From Mustelus asterias (lineage: Eukaryota), in NCBI RefSeq assembly GCF_964213995.1, contig NC_135810.1, positions 64,046,001 to 64,110,000 of the forward strand: 64,000 nt of DNA, read 5' to 3'. Made by a program: the position numbers and the translations under genes. Position 1 is the first letter of the stretch; every line of letters starts with the position of its first letter. The notes under the pieces were generated by a model. It was not told the DNA's origin. It made no database searches and worked only from the letters and a program-made list of their open reading frames with translations. Below are positions 49,355 to 61,480 of the stretch, in pieces.

Positions 49355-49654
49355 GGGGAGTTGGCACAGTGGTTAGCACTGCTGCCTCACAGCTCCAGGG
49401 ATCTGGGTTTGATTCCTGGCTTGGGTCACTGTCTGTGTGGAGTCTGCACATTCTTCCTGTGTCTGCATGGGTTTCCTCCGGGTGCTCCGGTTTCCTCCCA
49501 CCTTCCGAAAGACGTACTGGTTAGGTGCATTGCCCATGCTAAATTCTCCTTCAGTGCACCTGAACATGCGCCGGAGTGTGGTGACTAGGGGATTTTCACA
49601 GTAACTTCAGCGCAGTGTTAATGTAAGCCTACTTGTGACACTAATAATAAGCTT
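49355..49654 (+). mobile_element. Full-length V-SINE with alternative tail
   Basis: A-box TGGCACAGTGG, B-box GGTTTGATTCC, V-domain, tail GGGGATTTTCACAGTAACTTC...GTGTTAATGTAAGCCTACTTGTGACACTAATAA. Confidence 0.88.
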
Positions 49655-50282
49655 AAGATGTCAGAAAAAAATCATGTCTGCCATCATCAAAGCCAGAATC
49701 TGGTTCCACACCTCTGTGGGATGCGAGGGAAAAATGACATATGCACAATGGGAGTGTGAGTTGAAGTGTTATGTATAGAGGTCCGGTTTGTAGCATTTTC
49801 AATTTTCTAGTTATTAATTACTTGTGAGGTAAGATAGAAATTTTGTGAAACATCTAGGGAGAGGTTGAGATGGACGGGATATAAAAATGTGAAGATGAGT
49901 TTTGCAGAAATAGGAAAATGTGTGAGAAAGAGTTTGATACATGCCTAGTATCTATACACAAGTGTATGGAAATCAGAGAAGAGAGAGCAATATGGAACTT
50001 GGTAAAGATAGAGGGAGAAAAAGAATGAAAGTTATAGGATGAAATACAGAGAGGATATTGAGATAAGCTGAAGCAAAGTTACAAGATGGAAGAAACTTCA
50101 AACAACAGCCAGTTGAATGCGACACAAGGTCATTTAGTTTTAGTTTCATAATTCCTCTCAGTGAAATCTTTTCAGTACGTTGTAATTGCAAAAATATTGA
50201 AACTCAAATTTCCGAAACTGGAACCACCTGGACAAAGACATGAAGTGACGGAAATGTATAATGATGGTGGCAAATACATCAT

Positions 50283-50417
50283 GGCTGGAATCCTACCACC
50301 GTTCACGCTGGCGGGATTTTCCCATCCCGCTGCAGTGCACGGAGATTTGGCTGGGTGCCAAATTCTCCGACCTCGCTGCAGAGGGAGCGTGGTGTGAACG
50401 GCAGGTAAGATTGCATG
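50283..50417. mobile_element. Palindromic MITE (Harbinger-like)
   Basis: Nested inverted repeats AATCCTACC/GGTAAGATT, CCGTTCAC/GTGAACGG, ATTTGGC/GCCAAAT; candidate TSD CAT. Confidence 0.65.
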
Positions 50418-50619
50418 CATCAGACGAATTAGCTGCAGAGCACAGCATTAAAAACAAAATTGAGTCTAATTATTCTGGAACACAATGTCAAGACTGAGCT
50501 TTATTGGTTTTTATTACGCAAGGATATGAAGGGTTATGGAATCAAGATGGGTGGATGGAATTATTATGCAAATCAGTTTTTCACTAATTATTTTCTCTCT
50601 CTCTCTACATCTCCTTTAG

Positions 50620-50682
50620 TACATTGTTCTGCACTGTCCGAGTGTATCAGCATTTGAGAGCCACCCCTTCACTCTTACAACA
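50620..50682 (+). CDS. NOX4: NOX4 internal exon (exon 11 equivalent), 63 nt
   Basis: (ct)n tract ctcctttag|TAC...ACA|gtaagt. YIVLHCPSVSAFESHPFTLTT contains the FAD-binding HPFT motif. Confidence 0.96.
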
Positions 50683-51302
50683 GTAAGTCCAAGCATTCTT
50701 GCTATGTTTTCTTTCAGAGCAAAAAGCAGATTCATACATTTAAAAAGCTAAAGATTCAGATCACATGCGGACCCTGCCAATATTTTTTTTCTGAAATTAA
50801 GAGCTATAGTACTTTGGTTACAAATTGCATGCCTGTGGTGAAAACGTAGCAGCAATATTGAGAAGGTTCTGAATTAAATCAGTGCTTGGCTCCCGAAAAT
50901 GGTGTTAGTTCCAGGGGTGCTGGACGGCTGGGCTAAAATTAAATTTAAAACAAATTCTGCTGACTTGAAACATTTTTGGAGCCTGTAAATGTAATCATGG
51001 GTCTCTTTGTTAATAAATAATTGTCGTGTTTTGATACCATTCACAGCGAGGAAAATATAAAAACGCTTCAAAATTGATTTTGAAAGCTTTGCCATATAGA
51101 AAAAAGGCTAATTGGTGCCTGGGGACATTTTGCTTAATTTCAATGTTTTCATTTTTTAACTAAAGGTTAGCAGAATTAGAAACATTATTATACATTGTAA
51201 AAAAAGGTCTTGGAAGTCGACAAACCTTAAACTGGGAAACTCCTGCTGTAACTCTTGTACAAACCTTGGAGAAAAAGTGTAAATGGGTATTTCTGCAGGT
51301 AT

Positions 51303-52535
51303 TACAAAACAAAGAACAGTACAGCACAGGAAAACAGGCCCTTCGGCCCTCTAAGCCTGTGCCGCTCCTTGGTCCAACTAGACTAATCGTTTGTATCCTT
51401 CCATTCCCAGGCTGCTCATGTGACTATCCAGGTAAGTCTTAAACGATGTCAGCGTGCCTGCCTCCACCACCCTACTTAGCAGTGCATTCCAGGCCCCCAC
51501 CACCCTCTGTGTAAAAAAAAATCCCTCTAATATCTGAGTTATACTTCGCCCCTCTCACCTTGAGCCCGTGACCCCTCATGATCGTCACTTCTGATCTGGG
51601 AAAAAGCTTCCCACCGTTCACCCTATCTATACCTTTCATAATCTTGTACACCTCTATTAGATCTCCCCTCATTCTCCGTCTTTCCAGGGAGAACAACCCA
51701 GTTTACCCAATCTCTCCTCATAGCTAAGACCCTCCATACCAGGCAACATCCTGGTAAACCTTCTCTGCACTCTCTCTAACGCCTCCACGTCCTTCTGGTA
51801 GTGCGGCGACCAGAACTGGACACAGTACTCCAAATGTGGCCTAACCAGCGTTCTATACAGCTGCATCATCAGACTCCAACTTTTATACTCTATACCCCGC
51901 CCTATAAAGGCAAGCATACCATATGCCTTCTTCACCACCTTCTCCACCTGTGTTGCCACCTTCAAGGATTTGTGGACTTGCACACCTAGGTCCCTCTGTG
52001 TTTCTATACTCTTGATGGCTCTGCCATTTATTGTATAACTCCTCCCTACATTATTTCTTCCAAAATGCATCACTTCGCATTTATCTGGATTAAATTCCAT
52101 CTGCCACCTCTCCGCCCAATTTTCCAGCCTATCTATATCCTGCTGTATTGTCCGACAATGCTCATCGCTATCTGCAAGTCCAGCCATCTTCGTGTCATCC
52201 ACAAACTTGCTGATAACACCAGTTACACCTTCTTCCAAATCATTTATATATATCATAAATAGCAGAGGTCCCAGTACAGAGCCCTGCGGAACACCACTGG
52301 TCACAGACCTCCAGCCGGAAAAAGACCCTTTGACCGCTACCCTCTGTCTCCTATGGCCAAGCCAGTTCTCCACCCATCTAGCCACTTCTCTTTGTATCCC
52401 ATGAGCCTTAACCTTCTTGACAAAGTCCCACATGGCAGGTTGGTTAAGTGCCTTACTGAAATCCATATAGACGACATCCACGGCCCTTCCTTCGTCAACC
52501 GTTTTTGTCACTTCCTCAAAAAACTCCACCAAATT
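51303..52535 (-). mobile_element. CR1 LINE, 5'-truncated, relatively young (287-aa open RT segment)
   Basis: ORF 51669-52532: VDVVYMDFSKA, SGVPQGSVLGPLLFMIYINDL, SKFVDDTK, LEYCVQFWSPHY, ERVQRRFTRMLPG; tail near 51305. Confidence 0.93.
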
Positions 52536-52587
52536 TGTATTCTACTGAAAGTCCAGCAGGAGATGGGAGAAACCCTCCAGAAATTAT

Positions 52588-53552
52588 AGGCAGAATTTTA
52601 CAAGATTGATTCTAAGGGCCCTATTTTACCATTCTAATTTTAAGTGCTGGGTGGACTTGAAACTGGGAGTGGTTCAGAGCCGACTTTTCGATCCGTTCTG
52701 AGGTGCCCCGATACGCACTCTGCCTGCAAAAATATCAGTGAGTCAGAATCATGCTGCAGAAGCCTGTGGGCGGAGCTATTGCAGATGTTCAGACTCTGAA
52801 GCTACATTTGCATAGTTTCAACAGCAGCAGTCTGACAGTCAGAGAGAGAATTGTCAGACCCTTCCTACTGCAGGCAGCCTCACAAACTCCCCACCCTCCG
52901 CAATCGCGGGGCCCTGCAGCCAATCGCAAGCCACACACCGTCCAAGATGCCCCCCCCCCCCCCCCACCACTGCCCAGACCCATTGGGGCTCCCCTCCCCC
53001 ACTGATCCGATCAGACCTCCCTCCCCTCTCCCCATTCAGCTCTTGCACCCCATAGGCCTTGCTCCCCAGCATTGCCTGTTGGGCAGTGCCAAGGTGCCCA
53101 GTGGGCATTACCCAGGTGCCAGGCTGGCTGTGCCAAGGTGCCAGGGTGGCACTGCCAGGCTGTCACTGCCCAAGGGGCACCCCTTTTGCTCTTGGTCTCC
53201 CTGAGGAGCCTCAATGGCCTCCGGTTCCACCTGCGAGGCCAACATGGCTGTTCCCCATTCATGGGCAGCAGGTGTTTTCCTCACAGGAGAGAACCTCTCC
53301 TGGCGAGACCATAAAGGCAAGTTGATCTGGACGATTCAGTGCTGGGCTCACTAACCAAATATAAATCAACATTTAAATATATTTGACTCAAGTATTCAGC
53401 CTCTCGCTCATTTCCGGTGAGAGGTTGACCGCGCCAGACTATTGTAAAACTGCGAGAGCCGAGAAATTGGGCGTGATCTTGATTTCTCGGCTCTCGTGCG
53501 ATTTTACCAGCTCGCTCTGCCCATCGATGGGCGAGTGGGTAAAATTCCATCC
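52588..53552. mobile_element. Non-autonomous Harbinger-like DNA transposon
   Basis: TIRs AGGCAGAATTTTAC / GTAAAATTCCATCC, TSD TAT on both sides; GC-rich interior sharing GGCACTGCCA/GTGCCAAGGTGCC motifs with 33121-34163. Confidence 0.7.
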
Positions 53553-53819
53553 TATGTCTCTTGTCACTGCAGGTTAGGAATTCTGCATGGGAATACCCAG
53601 GAGTAGGTCTATGCTTTACCAAAGTACAGCGCTTTTCTCATGCCTGATGTTGATTTAACAAATGCGTTCAATTAAAAAGTGCATCATTTTTTTCCCTTGT
53701 GCTTTCTTGCCAGTCACAGTATGCAAGGGGCTAAAGTTGATCCCTGCTACCTTTTGCCAGAGACTGGAGAGAGTAAAAATAAACAGATGAGCTGCTGCAC
53801 AAAAGCTAAATCCCATATA

Positions 53820-53940
53820 GATGTTGGAAATGTGAAATAGAACAGAAAATGCTGCAAGTACTCAGCAGGTCTGGCAGCATCTGTGGAGAGGGTTAACATT
53901 TCACAGTTCACAAAGGTCACAGACCTTGAAAAGTTAACAT
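53820..53940. mobile_element. Penelope-like terminal fragment (degenerate)
   Basis: AACAGAAAATGCTG...CTCAGCAGGTCTGGCAGCATCTGTGGAGAG..TTAACATTTC, then AGGTCACAGACCTTGAAAAGTTAAC (stem II and GAAA of the motif at 19701-19734, with CTGATGA lost). Confidence 0.55.
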
Positions 53941-54198
53941 CCATTAGCTGATGTACACATTGGTTAACAAGATTTTTTTAAAAAGAAGAGTGGTTTAGGA
54001 AGGCTTTGATTGGCAATTGTCCTTGGATGATGACTCATTCAATGTATTCCAATGTGTTTGGAACACATCAATTAGTAAAAAAAACATTTTATTCACTAGC
54101 AGACATCGTGTGAGGCTGTTCAGTCACAGCTGTATTTGTGTAGCCATTTTGAATCCTGTGAGTGTCCGACCAGCTGAATGTAGTGATGGAGAAATAAA

Positions 54199-54405
54199 GG
54201 GTGTGATTTTCCTCTCCCTCTGCTGCATGTTTCACGGTGGAGGTAGGCAGCATGCAGCTCGCTGGTGGTGACATCCTGTGGGCCTGCCATTTTCAATGGG
54301 GTTTTCCGTTGAATGCACCCCACACTGGAGGGAATCCCATGGCGTGGGTGCACTGTGGGTGGGACCGTAAAATCCCACAGTCTAAACAGCAGAAAGATTC
54401 TGTGA
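54199..54405. mobile_element. MITE (family of 46412-46624)
   Basis: Begins GGGTGTGATTTTCC; reverse-complement similarity to 46412-46624. Confidence 0.55.
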
Positions 54406-54454
54406 CAATTTTCCTTTGTTCTGGGGTATCTTCAAAAGCATCTGAAGCTCTGCA

Positions 54455-54695
54455 GAACCATAAAATCCCCACAGTGCAGTAGGAGGCCATCTGGTCTACT
54501 GAGTCTGCACCAATTCTCTGAAAGAGCTTCTTACCCACACCCCGACCCCTCCCCTCACCCTGAGTCTTATCCCTGTAACCCCCACGATTACCATGGCTAG
54601 TCCATCAAACCTACGCATCTTTGAACCGTGGGAGGAAATCAGAGCACCCGGAGGAAACCCACGCAGACATGGGAAAACGTGCAAACTCCACACAG
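54455..54695 (-). mobile_element. HE1-like V-SINE, head truncated
   Basis: ACAGTGCAGTAGGAGGCCAT...GAGCACCCGGAGGAAACCCACGCAGAC...GCAAACTCCACACAG. Confidence 0.85.
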
Positions 54696-57600
54696 CGCAA
54701 CATCACAATCACAGTGCAATCATTCTGAAGCCAGCAAGTCTGAGGTTTCTGCGCCAGTGGACAACCTCCTAACAAGTAAATGATAATTCATCGTGGATCA
54801 ATGTTATGGGGGTTGGGGTGCGTGGGGTTTGTATATGGGATACATTTTTGTTTTGATTTTGAAGAGAATAGTGAAGTTTATATCTAATGTTAGTATTCAG
54901 CAGCTTATTAGGCAAATATATTGAACATTAAGATGGATTAGTGATTTTTAGCCTAGATCTACAAGAATTTATTTTCATTCTACTGGAAGTTCTAACACAT
55001 GGAAAGCTTTGCCGTGATGAGAGTGTTTCGTTCAATTCTTAAATCTTGCTGCATTTACCTAGATATTGACAAGATCTTGGGTGTTTCTGACTCTTATAGT
55101 GTGTTGACCTCTATCATAAGGGCTCTGGAGACTGTCATTGAGTGTGTTCAAGAGATCAATCTATTTCTAGATATTAAAGATATCACACGATATGCGGATT
55201 GTGCAGGAAAACGGCATGAGACCAGAGCCGCCTTGATATGCCAGTGGTTTCTATAGATCTTCTAGCCATAGCTATATAACAGGTTTCTTGAATTCTGACC
55301 CTCCATCTCGTAGTTGCAATGAGTGAGCCCTGAAGCCCTAACATGCAATCCTTCTCCACGTACCCACAAGTTTACACAATTCCTCCAACTCTCCCTCAAC
55401 CTTTGATATCCTATCTCTACCTTCAGCCATTCGTCACAAACCCACAGCTGTCAAAAAGAACATTAGCATGAGGGAATGAGAGTTCTGAATTTATTCACAA
55501 GCCTTCAAGGCAAACCAACATACTTAAAGAGAAATGTCACTCTTGTGCCCCGATTTGTGACGAATGTGAATATGGACAAAAACATTTTGTGTGCTCCAAC
55601 GCAGTCTTACCTCCTCGCTTATAACTGCATTAGGGAGAGGTGTCTGATTTGCCATCTCCCTTTCCCTGGATGGCCTAGTGTTTCAAAAATGCTGGTACAT
55701 CAAGCCATTTTACTTTTAAAACTCTTTCTGCTTTTATCTCTTAGTTCCCCCCTTCATCAAGCTGCTGCAAAACCCAACCACACCTGCTCAACTCTGACTG
55801 CCTCACTGAAAATCACAACTTTCTGGAGCTAGGCTCAAGATGTAAATGAGTTTGGAGGGAGACTGTTCAGGGCCCACTCCATTCTCCCACCCATGGGAAA
55901 AGACCATGGGTTTTAGTTGGGGAAGTGCTGAATGCACTACTCAAAGCCCCCTGGCCTAGGCCTCCAAAAATAAGGTCAGCCAGAAGCCAACTGTCCCCAT
56001 GGCAGTCTGTCCTGCAGCTATGACACACTGAACGGCTAAATTCATGAACAGTGGAACTCCTCGCTCAGGACAAAGCCCTCTCCTTGGGAGCTGCCAGCTC
56101 CATCACACCTGGCATCACTGGAGTTCAGTAATGAGCAGTGCCAGGACTACAGGAAGCTGGCCAAAGAGGAATATGGCTGCCCCGAGAATGTAGCTCCCAC
56201 AGGTCTAAGTCGGTGAGGGATCCCAGAGCCTGGAGAGGGAGGTGGGAGGCAAGGATTTGTGAGGCAGTGGCACAGACGAAAGGGAGAGCGATGTCTTTGG
56301 GATGGTGGGGGGGGGGGGGGAGTGGGGGGGGGGTGGGGGGGCGGGTTGGTGGTAGGGGGGGTGGGGGTGCCGCTGATGCACGCCGCCTGAGGTACCCCCC
56401 TGCTTTCTTCCTGCCTTTGTTCATGTAGACATTTGTAAATGACCTACCCATTCCCACCCAACTCCTATGCCAACTATGTTATGACATGGGCAGATTTTCA
56501 TTCAGGTCATTAGTATTAATAATAAGCCTAAATTACCCTTAGTTATTTACATATGGCAAGTGGACTGCTGATTTCAGAGTCCAGAACCTAGCGTATTATG
56601 AGGGTGAGCTTAAGGGTCAGTGGAAAGACGGTGGGCTGGCCACCTGTCCAATTTTAAATGCCCCCCCCCCCCCCACCCCACCTGAAGGTCAGCCCTTTTG
56701 GGAGCATGTAAAATCCAGCCCAGATGTGAGAGCTCTGGCTGCACCTTTTGATAATTTTTATTTGCTGTCCTGCCTCAGTTCCTGTGCGAATGGGGACAGG
56801 AAAAGTCCGGCCCTAGCACAACACGGGGTCTTAAATAGTAATAGAATCTGCTGATGGAAGCTATCTCTTAGAGTGAGTGTGGGTCGGGTTTTGGGAGAAT
56901 TTGAAATCAAGAGGAAGGTATATTGATGAAGAATACCACAGGCTACCGTGGGGAAAAAAGATATTTGTAAATGTGAAGAGATATGACTGAAGCTTTAAAA
57001 ATACACATTTCTTTATGTTACTGTATTTTGAGTTTTATTGCATATAACTGTACCTGACAGACTAATTCAGAGATGGTGTTTAGTTTTTCCTTTGGAGGAT
57101 GTAATGCAGTGTCAATAAATATAAATGATTGTACTGTTGGTGCCAGTTGAGTGTGCAGAATAGACAACTTGCTCATACAGGCTCTGCGTAGTTTTTCATT
57201 ACTGGTTTGTATGAAACTGCCCTAACGCCTAGCAAAAATTCAGTGGGCAACTTTGCAATGAGGCAGAACTGTGTGCATGTGCAAACTAGCACATTGCAGT
57301 TGTCTGCCACCTGTGCTGAGGAATGTGGCCTGGAGTGCAGACAGAGAAGATGGTGCAGCCTCAGCAGACTGGAGAGCTGTTTCTACTTCAATTACTTCTG
57401 TGATATAAACATAGCATATTTTGTGTCAGCTGTGCAGGGTGTGAATATTTATTCCGTGATATTGATGCTATAGTGGATTGGACAGTTGGTGCCCTGTACA
57501 GCAGCACTTATTTGCATCAGAATGCAACAGCTGGAAGCAGAGGAATTTGTAGCCAAGAGCTTGAGTGCAGCTACTAAATAAACTACTTGGGCTCACGGAA

Positions 57601-57785
57601 AAGTAATATTGCTTTACATGTTAGGCTGGATATGTGGAATAAATTGCATATTCCAGATATGTAGAAAACTATGAATGATCCTGTGTTGGGATGAGAGGAT
57701 ATTTCCTCTTGTTCATCTGGAACTGTGGCGGGGCGGAGACGTTCCAATATAAGGACCTTCGCCAATAAAATGGAGACTTAGACTT

Positions 57786-58100
57786 AGAACCTTACAGTGC
57801 AGGAGGAGACCATTTGGTCCATTGAGTCTGCACCAGCAACAATCCCACCCAGGTCCTATCCTCATAGCCCCATGCATTTACCCTAGCTAGTCCCCCTGAC
57901 ACTAAGGGACAATTTAGCATGGCCAATCCACCTAACCTGCACATCTTTGGAGTGTGGGAGGAAACTGGAGCACCAGAAGGAAACCCACGCAGGCACGGGG
58001 AGAATGTGCAAACTCCACACAGACAGTGACCCAAGCCGGGAATCGAACCCGGGTCCCTGGTGCTGTGAGGCAGCAGTGCTAGCCACTGTGCCACCGTGCC
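57786..58100 (-). mobile_element. HE1-like V-SINE, full length
   Basis: Reverse complement has GGCACGGTGGCACAGTGG (A box), GGTTCGATTCC (B box), V-domain and CR1-type tail. Confidence 0.9.
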
Positions 58101-58104
58101 ACCT

Positions 58105-58350
58105 AGATGAGCAGGAATTTTTTCTCTGAGATTTGTGACTGTTTGGAATTCTCTTCCCCAGTGAGCAGTGGAGGGTAGTTGGGTTATATATTCAAGGCTG
58201 AGTTAAAGAGATCTCTGATTGGAAAGTGAGGGGAGTTGAGGGTTGTGGGGGCAGGTAGGAAAGTGGAGCCACCATCAGATTAGTCATGATCTTGTTGACT
58301 AGTGGAGCAGGCTTGATGGGCTGAATAGCCTGCTCCTATTTCTTATGATT
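58105..58350 (+). mobile_element. CR1 3' fragment
   Basis: AGGAATTTTTTCTCTGAGA...TGGAATTCTCTTCCCCAG...ATCAG.TTAGTCATGATCTT...GGGCTGAATAGCCTGCTCCTATTTCTTATG. Confidence 0.75.
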
Positions 58351-58915
58351 TCTTTGACTTTGAATTTTATGTTCAAAGCCAAAAAATTGCAAGTCCTGCA
58401 ATAAAGCTGCTGTAAATAGGTTTCTTTAATTGATACTTACTTTTCTCAGCATATGCTATTGCAGGACTTTTACATAGAAGCTTATGGTTCATAACTAGAT
58501 CAAGGTGATTTCCTCGCTCCGATATGTGCATTGTTGATTTTGCTACAAGTTACAGAGGAACCCTCTGCCCAAGTTCCCCTTTTTGCATCACACCCACCGT
58601 TTGTTTGGTCATTATAGTGAATCAAAGGCTGAGATTTTATTCCTTCAAAACCCACTCAGCTGTGCTGAACTCAAATTGGACCCAGGTGTCAGAGTTGTTT
58701 TTAGAAAGTAAGGGCCACAAATGTTTCATTCATGTACAAAGTTCTCGAGCTTCTTAAACAGATTGATGGCAAATTGTCAGCCTGCATCCAGATGTGCCAA
58801 ATCCCTCAATTTGACCTTGAATCCTTCCGAGACATTTGGTTTTATGGTTTACTATTTGTTTAGTGTGGCTGGGTGTCTACTTTAGAAATTTGTAAATCAA
58901 GTTAATGACATCACT

Positions 58916-60016
58916 GGATGGAATTTTGATTCCGTGTTAGCTATCAGCGAGTACGGCGACATGGGTGCAAAATCCCGCAAGATTAAGGAAATGGCACGGT
59001 GGCACAGTGGTTAGCACTGAGGCCTCACAGCGCCAGGGATCCGAGTTCAATTCCAGCCTCGGTTCACTGTCTGTGTGGAGTTCGCATGTTCTCCTCTTGC
59101 TTGCGTGTGTTTCCTCTGGATGCTCTGGTTTCCTTCCGCAGTCCAAAGATGTGTGGGTTAGGTTGATTGGCCATGCTAAATTGACCCTTAGTATCAGGGG
59201 GATTAGCAGGGTAAATGTGTGTGGTAACGGGGATAGGGTCTGAGTGGGATTGCTGTTGGTGCAGGCTTGATGGGCCGAATGGCCTCCTTCTGTACTGCAG
59301 GGATTCTATGATTCTGTGAAACACAATTCTTCCAGCGAGATCCCATTTTGTGATTTTTCCATGCTACTCGCCGATTACATAACTAAGCTCCCAATCTTAA
59401 TTCATTATAATATAATTAGGGCGCCCCCCCCTCCCCTTTCTCCCCCCACCCCCACGAACATTAATTGTGCCCCAGCATAACATCACCCCAGTGTGAGGGC
59501 TGTGTTAAGGGGTGCTGCGGGGGACACGAGGAGGCGGACTTACCCTGGCTGCACAAAGTAGATAATTCACCTTCTTCTGACACTGCAGCCTTGTCCTCTT
59601 GTGGAGTAAGCTGGCACTCCCTATCATGGCCACAGCCTCCCAGGCGGTATTGGTCACTTTGCTGGCTGGATGTCTGACCCATTGTGGGTAGAGGGTTTCC
59701 TGCCTCTCCCCGACCCCACCCAGAAGTTTGCTGAGGGCTCCCTTGGTAAAACGTGTTGCAATCTTTCTGGCAACCATCCCCTTGATTGGACTTGGAACGT
59801 GTACAGGCGGAGCATTTAAAAGGAGTGCCCTACTGATTGCCGAGATTAAGTTGCAGTAGAGTGAGTGAATCAGAGGCAGGCTGCCACAGGCGTGGTGTGA
59901 ACCATGTGAAATAAACATTTTTTTCTAGAAGAGGCTAAATATTCCTCACCAGCAGGATTCTCTCTGGATTTCTCGCTGAGACCCATACTTAGAAACAATA
60001 TTGGAAAGTTTCACCC
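58916..60016 (-). mobile_element. Harbinger-derived element carrying a Myb/SANT-like domain exon; SINE nested inside
   Basis: ORF 59505-59918 includes ATRFTKGALSKLLGGVGERQETLYPQ..PASKVTNTAWEAVA..SASLLHKRTRLQCQKKVNYL..AAR followed by gtaagt; ends GGATGGAATTT / AAGTTTCACCC. Confidence 0.75.
58992..59315 (+). mobile_element. HE1-like V-SINE, full length
   Basis: GGCACGGTGGCACAGTGGTTAGCACTG, GAGTTCAATTCC, V-domain, GGGCCGAATGGCCTCCTTCTGTACTGCAGGGATTCTATGATTCT. Confidence 0.9.
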
Positions 60017-60673
60017 TCTGTCTCAGCATTTCAACATTTCTTACAATACACGAGAACACCAATAACCAATTATTGTAAATTGAAAATGCCTGAAAGGAAC
60101 TTTGCATTTCTGCTTAAATAAGAACAGGGTATTGAAATAAATCTGCTCCACTGATTAAATTGTCTGATTTCTTCCATGTCCTTAGCCACAGCCTGAAAAC
60201 AAATAGGGGAGGATAAGGACACATAAAAACAGATATTCTGATATGGGATCTTATCAGAGATTGGCAGAAAGTAATTTATTATTTTGTAGCGCCATGCAGC
60301 CTCCCAGCAATCACAACCATATGTAAAGAGTCAGCGGGGTATGGGGCTAATGTGCATGTCAGCATGCACCTCCAAACAAAGAGCATAGTTTTCCCTACTA
60401 TCTGTATGTTTTCCTTCCCAGTCTCCAAGGCCTATTTTACAATGTCAGGATGGGATTTAATGGATCCCTGACAGCACAACAAGAATTCCAATCAAGAGAA
60501 CTTCTTTCCCACATCTTATCCTAACCAGAAAGTATCACAAGATATGAATCAGGGCGACATGGCCTTAATGTCGTTGCATAGTCACTGTGGGATTATTTTG
60601 CTTCATGAACAGGGGAAACAATTACTGTAAAGGTCTCTCCTTTTGCTGTTTATTGGGAGCTTATTTTTTGTAA

Positions 60674-61480
60674 GGCGTGGCTCAGTTGGTAGCACTGTTG
60701 CCTCTGAGTTCTGGATTCAAATTGCTCTCCAGGAGTACTGCACTGTTGGAGGTACCATCTCTTGGTTAAGACATAAAACTGAACCCTTGTCTGTCTCCCA
60801 AGGGGGTGTAAAAGATCCCATGGTACTATTTCGAAGAAGAGCAGGAAACAATCCCTGGTGTCCTGGTCAATATTTATCCCTCAAACAGCATCACCAAAAT
60901 GGGTAATCTGGTCTTTATCACATTGCTATTTTTGGGAGCGTTTTGACTGCTGTGTTTCCTACATTACAACAGTGACTGACTTTTCCTCTGGGTTTGGGAA
61001 AACCTGACCTGCGGACTTTCATGGCACACAAACTGCGCACTCCCAGCCCATGTGTGACTTTGCACACTATTTTGCCTTTTCACACCAGAGTCAGGTCCAC
61101 GACGCAGGTTCTAGTCACACTGAAGTGAGTAAGGTCTGTTTGAACTCAGCACTGAGCTCCAGTGGCCCTGTTGAATTTGGCTTTCCCATATTTGAGAGTC
61201 ATGTCCCACCGCAATATCACCGGTCAGGAGGTTTAATTGGGTTGATGCTTTTTGCCATATATAGACTTCGGGATCGGGAATCCATCCGCCATTTTGGATA
61301 CACTGTGGAGTCTCTCTGACTCCACAAAGTCCAGGCCTAAATGTGGTCATTCATGCACTAAAATATGCCTTTGCACCCAAACATAAAATTGGCCCTATAT
61401 TTCAAAAGTACTTAATTGACTGTAAAATGTTTGGGACATCCTATGGTCATGATCACACTATAAATGCAAGTCATTTTTTT
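60674..61480 (+). mobile_element. Deu-domain SINE (SacSINE1/AmnSINE1-like), split by insert 60978-61395
   Basis: Head GTGGCTCAGTTGGTAGCAC; core GTAAAAGATCCCATGG.ACTATTTCGAAGAAGAGCAGG..GTGTCCTGG.CAATATTTATCCCTCAA; resumes at 61396 TTCAAAAGTACTT.ATTG.CTGTAAA...TATAAATGCAAGTC. Confidence 0.75.

Noticed and set aside
51669-52532. 287-aa reverse-transcriptase ORF as a domesticated gene or retron-like system
   Set aside because: Ordinary 5'-truncated CR1 fragment; the catalytic motif reads FVDD rather than FADD, a frameshift follows, and three similar copies occur in the window.
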